From Oikopleura dioica (Eukaryota; Animalia; Chordata): DNA of 64,000 bases. The stretch is from contig OU015566.1 of assembly GCA_907165135.1 (NCBI GenBank), forward strand, positions 8,432,001 through 8,496,000. The letters run 5' to 3'. Positions 11,633 through 21,265 of this stretch are shown piece by piece. The first letter of the stretch is position 1; each line of letters opens with the position of its first letter. Position numbers and translations under genes: made by a program. The notes under the pieces were generated by a model. It saw only the letters and a program-made list of their open reading frames with translations, ran no database searches and had not been told where the DNA came from.

Positions 11633-14145
11633 TCAATCGTCTCTTCTTCTGCGTTGCTGAGTTACCTCAGCCTCGTGGATGATGGCCCAAGCAGATGCTT
11701 CTTCCTTCAGCGGCCTGAAATAACCCAGGTCTTCTGATTTCTTTGGCGACGGGGATATTACCGGTACCGCCGCTTTGATTTTCATCACTTTCATTTTCTT
11801 TCTTCGGGCTAATGCTAAGGCTAAGGGTTCCCTTTCGTAGCAAAGCACGATGAGCATCCAAGAGTTTCCTCTTGCATAATCCTCCAGGTACCTGAAGACT
11901 AGCGTTGCCAGTTTCCTTGGCGGGAAAGCGTAGATGACTTCTTTCGCTCTCCATCTGGTAAAACGAAAAAAGTCGCGGGCAACTGCTTGGTCATCGGAGT
12001 ATCTCGAGATATACCTCTCGGCTCTAGCATTCTCTTTCGTTGCGAACGCATCGATAGTGGGAGTTTCCCCCCAGTAGGAACAGCATTCTTTAAACGCCTC
12101 GTCGGTGATCTCGCTCTCGTTAAAGTCGAAGGTTCTGGACGGTTCATCCGCTAGTTGTTCTTTGGTGTTGACGTAATCGACTCGTACGTCGATGTTCCAC
12201 TCATCGGCCACCTCATAGATCCGGTGGATCAAGCTGTTGAGTCTCCCCACTCTGGATCCATGGTAGAGGGCACTGCAGACCACTTGGTTGTCGCATTTGA
12301 TGAGAATTCTCCTATCTTTTAGGCGGCTGCCCTTTCTCTTGAGCATAATGTAAATGGCGTAAGCCTCTTTCATAAAGATATCTTCCGACTCGAAACCCTT
12401 CGGCCAGTAGAATGGTTCTTTTTCTCCCAAGTTCTCGATACATAGGCCGCCCGCTCCTCCAGACGCGTCGGTGTAAACCAATAGGCGGTTTTTAAGGTCC
12501 TCTTCTCTGAATATTTCTTTCTTGAGGTGGACCACACCGGTCTCGAGCCATCTCGCTTTCCTTGGGGTTGACCCCACCGCTATCCATTTGTACAGCTCTG
12601 AGTATAGATCTGCGCAGACCGGGATGATTGGGTTGCCTGTTTCCAGGGCCTTTTTGATGAGTTCGTTTTGCACTCGAATGAAAAGACGCATGCGTCTCTC
12701 CACATACATGAAATGCACACATTTGCCCCTAATTCTCTCGAGCGACTTGAGGTGGGTGTGTCTGCTATTAAGGATCGCTCCTACTTCGGATCTGAACTTT
12801 TCCCACTTCCCTTGCGGGATCGATATGGATTGCTCCGTAGTATTAATGATAAAGCCTAAGAATTCGATCTCATGTGACGGTGTGAACGTCGATTTTCTCT
12901 ATGTAAAAATGTGCCCAACGCGCAAGCGAGGGCGCAAATCGCGAACGCCGTTCTAGGCGCCATTTTTCCCGAGACGATGGCTTCGCGCTCTTGCTCGGAG
13001 TCTGGTCTTTCAATTATAAGACGGTCATCCAAGTATAACAGGATTAAATGGCCCTTTTTCCGCAAGAAGTTTATCGGGGAACCGTTAATGAGCTGGTATT
13101 CACTCGGAATCCGGGGGATGCCGAATGCTGCTGCCCTGTATGTGAAGCGTTGGCCGCCCCATTGCATAGTGGCCATTCTGCTTGACATTGGATCGAGCAA
13201 GAGGTGGTGAAAGGCCGATTTATCATCTAGCTTTAGTAGAAGGTCACCCTTTCTTACTGTAGCCATGACTTCTCTAATGTCATCGAGAACGCATTTCACG
13301 CTTTTGATTTCCATTAGTGTTAGGGGTGACCCATCGTAGCAAACTCGCCAACCCGCTCCTTTAGGGACCAGAATAATTGCGGAGGTCAGGAGGGGGTCTA
13401 TAGAACAAGGTTCGAGGGGTGACAAAGCTCCCGTCGAGCACCATTTCTTCAGTGTTTCCACAATATCTGGGTGGAACGCGGAAACATTGCCCGAGTTTTT
13501 GATTTTAAGCGGGCACCTGTGCCTTTTGCCACCGATGTGAACCGGTGCCTTCACCATTCTATGGGCCGGCCAATCTTCAGAATCATATTTGTCTGAGTCT
13601 TGCATGGCTCCCAGCTCCCTTCTGCTCAGGTTTCCCTTGATGAAAATCGTGGAGTGGGATTCATGAATGGTGTGAACCATCGCAAAGTGCGTATTAGATC
13701 TGAATTTGCGGGGCTCCGAGGGGTGAATCATTTTGAAGTTTTCAAATACATCCACCCCTTTTTGCAGGATAGCGTAAGCTCTCGATCTATCCGGAGGGTC
13801 CAACTCTTTGATTACTATCAACCAGAGCTGCAGGAAGTCCTTAAAACTCCCCGCGTAAAAGTCCTTCTCTTCTCGGAAGAAGATGTCGTCCCATTTCGGT
13901 TGGAACGACGAGTCTGTGGCTTTGAGAGACAGGTCGAACATGCGCTGAGCCTCAATTAGCCAGGATGACCAGCAGAGCGGAGGGTTAACTCCCTCCCCGA
14001 ATGGTTTCCCATTCCATGATACAGCCCTGACGTCTGGTGGGGGCCAAGGAAGATATAGGTCTTCCCAAGACATGAGTTTACCGAATTCTGCGGCATCGAG
14101 CCTTTCTTTCATATCTCTTGCAATAGAGTGCCGATTCCAATCCAT
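11633..14145 (-). CDS. Reverse transcriptase - RNase H - DNA adenine methyltransferase-like polyprotein; one frameshift in the A4 run at 12893-12896
   Basis: RT KLDDKSAFHH, AAFG, YLDD; in the next frame KSTFTPSHEIEFLGF; RNase H YTDAS, MKEAYAI, KCDNQVV, QLADEPSR; MT TIDAFAT and YAFPP motifs typical of DIRS/PAT elements. Confidence 0.92.
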
Positions 14146-14293
14146 TCTAAGCAGAAAATTGGGTGGTTTTTGCTCCCACAGGCAGGAAACTTTATTTAGT
14201 TGGAAGGACAGTGTTCCAAAGTACAGATAAAGGTCTCAAAAATTGAGTGTACAGGTTAAATGATCGCAGCGTAAACCACGAAGAGGGTAACTA

Positions 14294-15538
14294 TTAGATG
14301 TAATCTTCCATAGAATCCTCGTCGAAGTCCAGGCTTTTCTCCGTCCAGGTTGTTCCCGTGACCTTCTCAGCCCGTCTGAGCATCGCTCTTCGTAACTCTT
14401 GGATTTCTTTCGCCGAGGAGTCCTCCTCCTCCGAGATCATTGGTAGATTTTCTTTTTCTACCGGTTGAATTTCTTCAACGGTCACAGGGTTACCCCCGGT
14501 TTTCATGAGGACGAAAGAGCGCTGGTCGATAAAGCTCAGGCCCCAGGCCTCGTATTTCTCCGATGATGGCATGAATTCGCACTTTCTTGGGAACAAGAAG
14601 TCTCTTAAGGTTTTCACCTGATCGTCCACTGGAGTGTCCCTGATTTCTCTGGGAGAGTCGGCTGCGCTGAGCCATCCCTGTAGGTGCGCTATCATCGTGA
14701 ATTCGTTTCCGAAAATTTGCGTTAGCAAAAATTTTAGCCTTTTAACTGATCTCACCAGCGACACTGGGTCAACTTCGGACGAAACTGCCAGACTCGCCAA
14801 GATCTCCGACCAAACTAGGCGATGAGCTTCCGCAGCGTGTGACGCAAAGATTTCTCTTAGTGGAATTATCGAGTGGTTTTCACCACCCGCGTTAGCAATT
14901 CTTTCGAGAAGGGCTAGCCCTTCCCGGATTTCTTTGACTATTTGGTCTTCCGGTGTGAACCGGAACTCCAGGATTTCCAGTGGAGTCTTTTTATGCTTAT
15001 AAAAGTCAGTTGACTGACTAATGTAGCGATAGACAAGCCCCGCTTCTTTCGAGATTGCGTTGCTAATGGCTTCGGCTAACCTGACTTGAGTTCTTGCCAC
15101 TAAGTCAATTGAAAGGTTTTCACCATTCACGCAGCACTGCATTTTCTGGATGAGTTCATACAGTTTCGCCACATTTTGGGCTGCCGAGACTCCTGCGTGC
15201 GGCTTTAAGGGCTGATGCACTAGGAAGGAGTTCAGTACCTTTAAAGCACCTTGGTACTTTCTTCTATAGTCCGTTTCCGAACTTTCGTCGAGGGGAACCT
15301 CGGTTTTAGTGCCTTCTTCCGATGCCGGCTCACTCGTGGGAGCCCTATTCTCCTCCGAGAATGGTTCCACCTGAGAGGCCTTGGAAGATAAGACGATCGG
15401 GGTAATAGAAGTTTCCCCGTTGAGTTCTTCCTCCAGCGGGAGGTCCTTCTTCTTTTTCAGAGCCGGGCCTGAATCCTCTGTGAGACTAGTGAGGCCGCTC
15501 ATGCCGGTCTCCAGGACTTTCTTGTTGCGCCGAGACAT
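14294..15538 (-). CDS. Element ORF4, 414 aa orphan with NLS-like KKKK, in the position where gag normally lies
   Basis: Long ORF whose ATG follows cccttgtttAG|aca; no CCHC knuckle seen. Confidence 0.75.
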   Translation of the reverse strand: MSRRNKKVLETGMSGLTSLTEDSGPALKKKKDLPLEEELNGETSITPIVLSSKASQVEPFSEENRAPTSEPASEEGTKTEVPLDESSETDYRRKYQGALKVLNSFLVHQPLKPHAGVSAAQNVAKLYELIQKMQCCVNGENLSIDLVARTQVRLAEAISNAISKEAGLVYRYISQSTDFYKHKKTPLEILEFRFTPEDQIVKEIREGLALLERIANAGGENHSIIPLREIFASHAAEAHRLVWSEILASLAVSSEVDPVSLVRSVKRLKFLLTQIFGNEFTMIAHLQGWLSAADSPREIRDTPVDDQVKTLRDFLFPRKCEFMPSSEKYEAWGLSFIDQRSFVLMKTGGNPVTVEEIQPVEKENLPMISEEEDSSAKEIQELRRAMLRRAEKVTGTTWTEKSLDFDEDSMEDYI

Positions 15539-15992
15539 TGTCTAAACAAGGGAATTTGAAGTTTCCGTAAGTTAATAAAATCCTGTTTAGAACAGTTAAA
15601 CTGGCTGAACCGGACACAGTGAAACAGAAAAAACGTGTGACAGTCAAAAGGGCATTAGATACCGGGGAAACCCGTGACTTTTAACTAAACCTAAATAAAA
15701 CTAGAGCTACCATAAGTTCCTTGGATAGCGGCGGAGCCGGGGAGTCCTGGAAAACCACATTGCTGTGATTTACCGCGTGGACCGCCCATTACACACCGTG
15801 ACCAACGAAGCTGTAAATTTTTAACTAAAACTACCACTACTGATGGGTTGCCCCCAGACGTTACTCTAATGCTACGAGGGACCGCGATATGAGTGCCCTT
15901 GAATAGTTGACAGAACTCAATCTGTTTTCCTTGCTCCGCTGGAATTTTCATTCGCGCTTAGTTTTTACAGGGAGACTTGTTGAAAAAGGAAC

Positions 15993-16958
15993 TTATTTCT
16001 TTGCTCCTCCCGTTTCGTTGTTGGGCCTCAGGCCTCCTGTGAGAACGAAGTCGTGGAGACGGGTGACTTGGTGCTCCAAGTTCGCGCTGATGTTAATTAA
16101 TGGTGCCTCTGGGGTCGGTGAGGGGCCTGGATACTGATTGATTGCTCGATCTCTGGTTTTCACCATATCCACCGCCGTGTTCAACACGTATTTTATTTCC
16201 CTTATTGGAACTTTACCGTCAGAGTAGGCGTCGTAGTAGCTAAAGAGCCAGATCAGGTTTCTGATCAGCGCCGCTGCGGTCGTCTGTTTCGGATCGTTGT
16301 AGGGTAACCTAGGCATGCGAACAGCAAAGGGTGGGCGATCTTCCTCTTCATCTCCTTCAAAATGGCAAGTTTCGATCGTCGAAATCTTGTTCAGGTCCGG
16401 CGGAGGTAGATCGAAAAGATGATCGTAGATTGAAGAGTAGTCGGGCATGGCCAGCTTCGCTCTTTTCTTTGCTGGGGAGTTGATTTCGTTGTCCTCCTTG
16501 TTTGCATCAGGGTCACCTGACTGAGGGGACGCCGGATTGCTTTCTAAGTCCGCTTCTTGTACATGTCTAATGGACTCGACTGAAGGAGTCTCGAAGCTTG
16601 AGGCGGAAGCCTGCGACAGATCTCTCTGCTCGCCCTTCTCTACGAAGACGATGTCCAAGGTACTGAACAGATGTGATTTACCACAAAACACACATAGGAA
16701 ATCAATTGGCCAGTCTGTCACTTTTTCCTTGTCCTTTTGGGTTTCCCCATTTACCTCTAGAGCCTCAGATTCTTTGGCTAACCAGCCTATACCACCGAGT
16801 TTGTTTGGGTTGGAGACAAGGCATTTCAAGCACATCTGGTGCGAGCATTTCTTCAGGATAACTTCGCGCCTCACTGCTAGATCGAACTTGAAGCCACAAT
16901 GCAAGCAACCTTGAATGCGAGTAGTGTTCGTAATGGGATCCTTTTCTGCTCTATTCAT
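15993..16958 (-). CDS. Element ORF3, 321 aa C3HC4 RING-finger protein
   Basis: CLHC-x16-CSH-x2-CLKC-long loop-CVFC; followed by an acidic/proline-rich region and a helical C-terminal segment. Confidence 0.8.
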   Translation of the reverse strand: MNRAEKDPITNTTRIQGCLHCGFKFDLAVRREVILKKCSHQMCLKCLVSNPNKLGGIGWLAKESEALEVNGETQKDKEKVTDWPIDFLCVFCGKSHLFSTLDIVFVEKGEQRDLSQASASSFETPSVESIRHVQEADLESNPASPQSGDPDANKEDNEINSPAKKRAKLAMPDYSSIYDHLFDLPPPDLNKISTIETCHFEGDEEEDRPPFAVRMPRLPYNDPKQTTAAALIRNLIWLFSYYDAYSDGKVPIREIKYVLNTAVDMVKTRDRAINQYPGPSPTPEAPLINISANLEHQVTRLHDFVLTGGLRPNNETGGAKK

Positions 16959-17692
16959 GCGACCGAATCAATTCTCTGAAAAAATAGAGAATGATTATCT
17001 ATTCCTGCTTCTACTATTTCCTGCAGCTGGGTGCCCGGCTGAAAAAACAGAAGAGACTGATAAAAGGGTGACCTTTTATCGCAAGGGTATTGTGGCTTGT
17101 CTTTTATTTTGAAACTTGACAAGAATGTGGTGAGGAGAGGGGTAGCAGTATCAGCGCAAATTGAACGAGAGATGAGGGAAAAGCGGTGGGAAAGCGGCAT
17201 AAATAAGGCGAAAAAAGGCACATAAGCAAAAAAGGCACACAGGGGAATATATTTTCAGTGGAAGAAAGAAGGACTCGGTTGAACCGTAGCGGAAGTATCC
17301 ATGAGTAGAGGAGCTGGCAGCATCCGGAAAAGAGCGAGTAAGGGTCACCCCTTAGAATTTTTTGGCGAGAACAGGACGAACGGCAGTGAGTGCGTTGTGA
17401 GACCTAAATACGCTCGTTAACAAACTGTTTCGCTCTCACGAAGCTGTAATTTACCTGTGAGAAAAAGTGAAGAGGCTCGCCAGGGCGTGTCGACGTGATG
17501 CTGGCTCGGTGGAGGCGAAGGTGATATGTACAGCTAAATTGAAGGCCACGATGGTCTTGGCGGAGATGTAGAGCAAGAGGCAACTCTTGGTGAAGGTGAT
17601 GAGGAGTGGAGGGTGCGCTAGCAAACCATATTAGTTAAAGTATGGATCGAAGAACTATCTCTCACCTGACTTCTGCTTTTTGGGCGCTGTTT

Positions 17693-20428
17693 TCACAGGA
17701 AGTAGTCGCCCTCAAACGAGGTACCAAGCGAAGGGACCTCGTTTCCGGTTAAGGGGTTACCCTTAATTTTCTTTGCCGAGACGAAGGCCCACGCCAAAAT
17801 GCGCTCGTTTGCACGATGCGCAAGGCGTCTAACAGCTGGGCCTCCCATGAGAAAAGCTTCATTTGCGCAAAAGCACATCAGCTCTCCCAATGGGAACTTC
17901 GATGGGGAGGCCAGCTGGACGAACTCGTCGAGGATCTCCGTCGCGATGTCGAGTCTGGCGTCTTCGACGAGGACGAGCTGCTTGCACGCGAGCTTGAATC
18001 TGTCGGGGTCACCCGATCTGACGAGGAAGGCGTCGAGGTCCAATTCCAGCTTGGCTGGGTGCGAGATCTTGGTTACACCCAGCGTGACGAGGTCTCGTTC
18101 GAAGGTTGCCCTTCGTTTCATCAGGTCGGTGATTTTGTCCCTGATAATCACGGAATCCGCGATAAAGTTGGGGCTTGGCCTCCTGAGGCCGCGAGCGGAG
18201 ACATTAAAATGGCACGGGCTGATGTTCCAGAAGTAGCCCTTTCTTGCGCGCTCTTCTTCCGTGAGCTCCGGCTCGTAGTCGTAGGGGATGTCTTCGTTCA
18301 GATTTTCATCTGGAACGATTTCCGCCTCTTTTGGAACTCTGGGCTCGCCCCATCTTCTCGGCTCGTTCTCCCCCACCGGCTGAGTCAAGTCGATCGTCGG
18401 TCGCCCGGCTGTTGTACCACTCACACCGGTCACCACTCGAGTCGGCGCTTGCTGGATCGGTGAAACAATCATCGGCGCTGCGCTTTGCTGTGGTCGAAGC
18501 GGCGATTCTGGTCTGTGTGGAAGTGGCTCTTGGAAACGGCGGTTGCCCGCGCGTTGATCTCTCATTGCCATTGAGTAGGTGGGGAGAGAGTCCGTCGACG
18601 GTCGTCGAGCGTGCATGTATCTCGGGCGGGCTCGTTGCGGCTGCTGCTGGCGTTGTTGCTGCTGCTGCTGTTGTTGTTGATGCTGCGAAGAGGGGGGTGC
18701 GTTCGAAGCTGCTGTTAGTTCCGCCATTCGTTTTGAGTAGGCCTTCTGAACTTCGTCAAGCTCGTTGACGAAAACATCGAACTTCGGAGAACGACTGGGG
18801 TAACCCATATCTTCTTCCCGAAGGTTGACCAGCTTCATAAAGGCACTCTTGATGTCCTCTCGCAAGCGCGCTGGTGGGTTTATGGGGGAAACCCCAAAGT
18901 AGATCGACTCGCCGATTTTGATCATCTGTTTCGTCGGGAAATAGCGGCCGAAACCTTTTCTTTTCGCGTAAGCGCCCATTTGGTCGAGGTCTTTCGCCAG
19001 CCGGTTTGCCGGATTCGTGCAGCTTTCACTGCGCTCGCCTTCGCCAAAACGATGAAGCCAGTAATGCGCTTTCAGTCTACGCTGATGCCAAGCCAGGTCC
19101 GGGTCGTATCTTTCTCCAGCCTGACCTTGTGACCTCTGATTCTGTCGGTTTCCCGCATTTTCTCTTCGGTTTCCCGAGCTTCGCTGACGGTTAGTCGTTT
19201 CTCTCCAGCCGGAAGACTCTGGTTGTCGGCTCGAAGAGTTCCACCCAACGTGCTCTGGTCTGTTAATCACCCATCCTTCGCCTGATTGTTGCGACGGTTG
19301 AGTCGATGGCGGTGAGGCGTTGCTGGCCACTGCTGGGGCGCTGTTGGCGGGTTCAACCGTGTTGTCCGCGACGGTGGCGTTGTTGGAGTCGGGTCGCTCG
19401 ACGGGCCTGGAGTTTCCTCCTTTCTGCTTCTTGCGACCGCTGGATTCCTCGTCCGAAGCTCGCTTTCGGTTTCCCGCTTCGATTTTTCTATTCTCACGGT
19501 TGTCGGAGCAATCCGAGTCATCGGAGTCGGTATCTGTGTACGGTCTTCCATCTGGGCGCGCTGGACGTCTGGTGGCGAGTTGCTTTCGTGGTCGAACCTT
19601 TTTTCCGTCTTTGTTGGTGACCCAGCAGGGACGTTCTTTGCTGACGAAGCCGCAAGATCTCGACTGAAGACCCGAAGGACCAGGTTTGTCGTGATCAGAA
19701 TCCTCCGTCGAAGTTTCCTTCGGTAAAGGGTTCGCCGTTGGTGGCTTCGGAGGCGATTTCTTCTTCGAAGAAGATGCGGTTTCCCGCGCTGTCGGCTTCT
19801 TTGGCTCATTCAGCAGTTCTTCTTCGTCTAAGCTCATGTGGGAGTCGTTGTTCTCCGGTCGATCTGAAGCTGACGAAGAAGGGACGTCCATGACGAGAGG
19901 CCCTGACGGTCCTAAAATCAGGATTAGGAAGGTGAAATTCTCAAATGCCAAGTAAAACTTGTACATGAGAGCGTGGCAAAAAAGCAGAAGTAGCGCAAAC
20001 CACTCTGTTAGTGCTGACCGATCTATCGTTCTCTCGATTCGGGTAACCCCGTTTTCTGAGAAGACTAGACTAAATTGAGCGTAAACTCGGATTGCCAGGA
20101 GGGTCTTATCTGCCCAAAGACGAGTCAAGAGTCTCAGTCTTCGGAGTCTCCAGATGATGTAAAAGAGTGGGTTCGTCACCTCGTCCGTTAACTTACCCAG
20201 TAAGTCGTCTTCGATTTCTCCGGCGTGGACGTCGATGGAGTCCGCTGCGGTCGATGTATCCATTGGAACGGGGTTTCCCCCATTTCCAACTTCAACTGCT
20301 TCGTTACGGTTGTGCTCGTTGAAGCCGGGGAGAAGGACGTCTTCTCCGATGAGTTCTTCAAGGTCATCCATGGGAGTGTCGATTATTTCGACGTTGGGGC
20401 TCCCCGATCTCTCCTCGTTTTCCGACAT
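17693..20428 (-). CDS. Element ORF2, 911 aa unspliced or 816 aa spliced; largely disordered with polyQ and two folded-looking segments
   Basis: Long ORF; in-frame GT-AG intron 20196-19912; ATG follows ttgttattttAG by 18 nt. Confidence 0.8.
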   Translation of the reverse strand: MSENEERSGSPNVEIIDTPMDDLEELIGEDVLLPGFNEHNRNEAVEVGNGGNPVPMDTSTAADSIDVHAGEIEDDLLGKLTDEVTNPLFYIIWRLRRLRLLTRLWADKTLLAIRVYAQFSLVFSENGVTRIERTIDRSALTEWFALLLLFCHALMYKFYLAFENFTFLILILGPSGPLVMDVPSSSASDRPENNDSHMSLDEEELLNEPKKPTARETASSSKKKSPPKPPTANPLPKETSTEDSDHDKPGPSGLQSRSCGFVSKERPCWVTNKDGKKVRPRKQLATRRPARPDGRPYTDTDSDDSDCSDNRENRKIEAGNRKRASDEESSGRKKQKGGNSRPVERPDSNNATVADNTVEPANSAPAVASNASPPSTQPSQQSGEGWVINRPEHVGWNSSSRQPESSGWRETTNRQRSSGNRRENAGNRQNQRSQGQAGERYDPDLAWHQRRLKAHYWLHRFGEGERSESCTNPANRLAKDLDQMGAYAKRKGFGRYFPTKQMIKIGESIYFGVSPINPPARLREDIKSAFMKLVNLREEDMGYPSRSPKFDVFVNELDEVQKAYSKRMAELTAASNAPPSSQHQQQQQQQQQRQQQPQRARPRYMHARRPSTDSLPTYSMAMRDQRAGNRRFQEPLPHRPESPLRPQQSAAPMIVSPIQQAPTRVVTGVSGTTAGRPTIDLTQPVGENEPRRWGEPRVPKEAEIVPDENLNEDIPYDYEPELTEEERARKGYFWNISPCHFNVSARGLRRPSPNFIADSVIIRDKITDLMKRRATFERDLVTLGVTKISHPAKLELDLDAFLVRSGDPDRFKLACKQLVLVEDARLDIATEILDEFVQLASPSKFPLGELMCFCANEAFLMGGPAVRRLAHRANERILAWAFVSAKKIKGNPLTGNEVPSLGTSFEGDYFL

Positions 20429-20532
20429 TTTGTCGCCGATTTCAAACTAAAATAACAAACGCTTAAAAAAGAGCGAACTTGAGAGCTTCCTCTCTTGCTC
20501 TGAATGCTGAAATTGATTAATTTATGTCCATT

Positions 20533-20643
20533 TTACATATAAATGAAGGAAACGAGCATGTGGAAGAAAACACAGGTGACAGTAAGTGTTGCCAGTACGG
20601 AAAAGATGAACAGAATAAGGTAGATGTACGCGTAAGCGTTCAT
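20533..20643 (-). CDS. Putative 36-aa hydrophobic peptide of the element
   Basis: MNAYAYIYLILFIFSVLATLTVTCVFFHMLVSFIYM; preceded by pyrimidine-rich cttccttctgctaAG|gggcaacccttaaaaATG. Confidence 0.4.
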   Translation of the reverse strand: MNAYAYIYLILFIFSVLATLTVTCVFFHMLVSFIYM

Positions 20644-20898
20644 TTTTAAGGGTTGCCCCTTAGCAGAAGGAAGTTGAGAAACAGGAAGGAACAGGTGGAA
20701 ATGTTGGGTAGAAACAAAACACACAGAAAATTACTAAGAAATTTTAGTCTGGAGAGGCGTATTTCACGCTTACTCTTCTTCTATATGGCGTCTGACTACG
20801 ATACCCAGCTAACCGGGGGCCGAAACGATTAATAAGACACTCCTTCACCGGAGATTTCTCTGAAAAAACGCGTTAAACTGGCCCTGGTGCACCCTCTG

Positions 20899-21122
20899 AC
20901 TTACCTCGGTGGTTGAAAGGAGGTTGGCGGTGGAGTTTTCTCTCGCAGATTTTCGTTGCGCAAGCAACTTTTCCTTCTCTATTTTGTTTCTTTTTCTCTG
21001 GCGAAATTTTTTCTCATTTCTATGGTGGCAGTGAGTCGAGCAGCGTCGCGAATGCTTCTTCAGGATTGGCCCGCACGTGGCACGTGCCGCCCCCGCGGTG
21101 ACTCAATCCTGTGATTACGTAA
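20899..21122 (-). promoter_or_regulatory. Second internal promoter-like cluster with a leader exon ending in a canonical splice donor
   Basis: TTACGTAA 21115-21122, TGACTCA 21099-21105, GC box, two CACGTG (21074, 21081), CCAAT (minus) 21065-21069; donor GAG|GTAAGT at 20905/20904. Confidence 0.55.
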
Positions 21123-21265
21123 CTCATGCTCGATTTCTCGAGCAGGTGGTTTTCTTCCTTGATTTCTCAACGGACAAGCAGTAATTAATAAATATTAGGG
21201 TCAACCCTAAATGTAATGACGAGTTTTAAATAAATGGGTTACCCCAATTCAAGATGCTTTCATTT

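Noticed and set aside
11700-12110. DNA methyltransferase-like domain as novel cargo
   Set aside because: A Dam-like MT domain after RNase H is an established feature of DIRS and PAT-like elements
12885-12900. Frameshift between the RT core and the RT C-terminus/RNase H as programmed -1 frameshifting or inactivation
   Set aside because: One extra A in the A4 run restores HREKSTFTPSHEIEFLG. No canonical slippery heptamer is usable because the -1 frame has TAG just upstream. The same kind of 1-nt loss occurs in DNM1L (27631-27635) and a similar slip in the vWF-like gene (near 47580), so an assembly error is more likely; check the reads.
9054-18463. Plus-strand ORFs of about 214 aa (9054-9698, 10503-11147, 17816-18463) inside the element
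   Set aside because: They are antisense shadows of long minus-strand ORFs, with low-complexity hydrophobic translations and no start context
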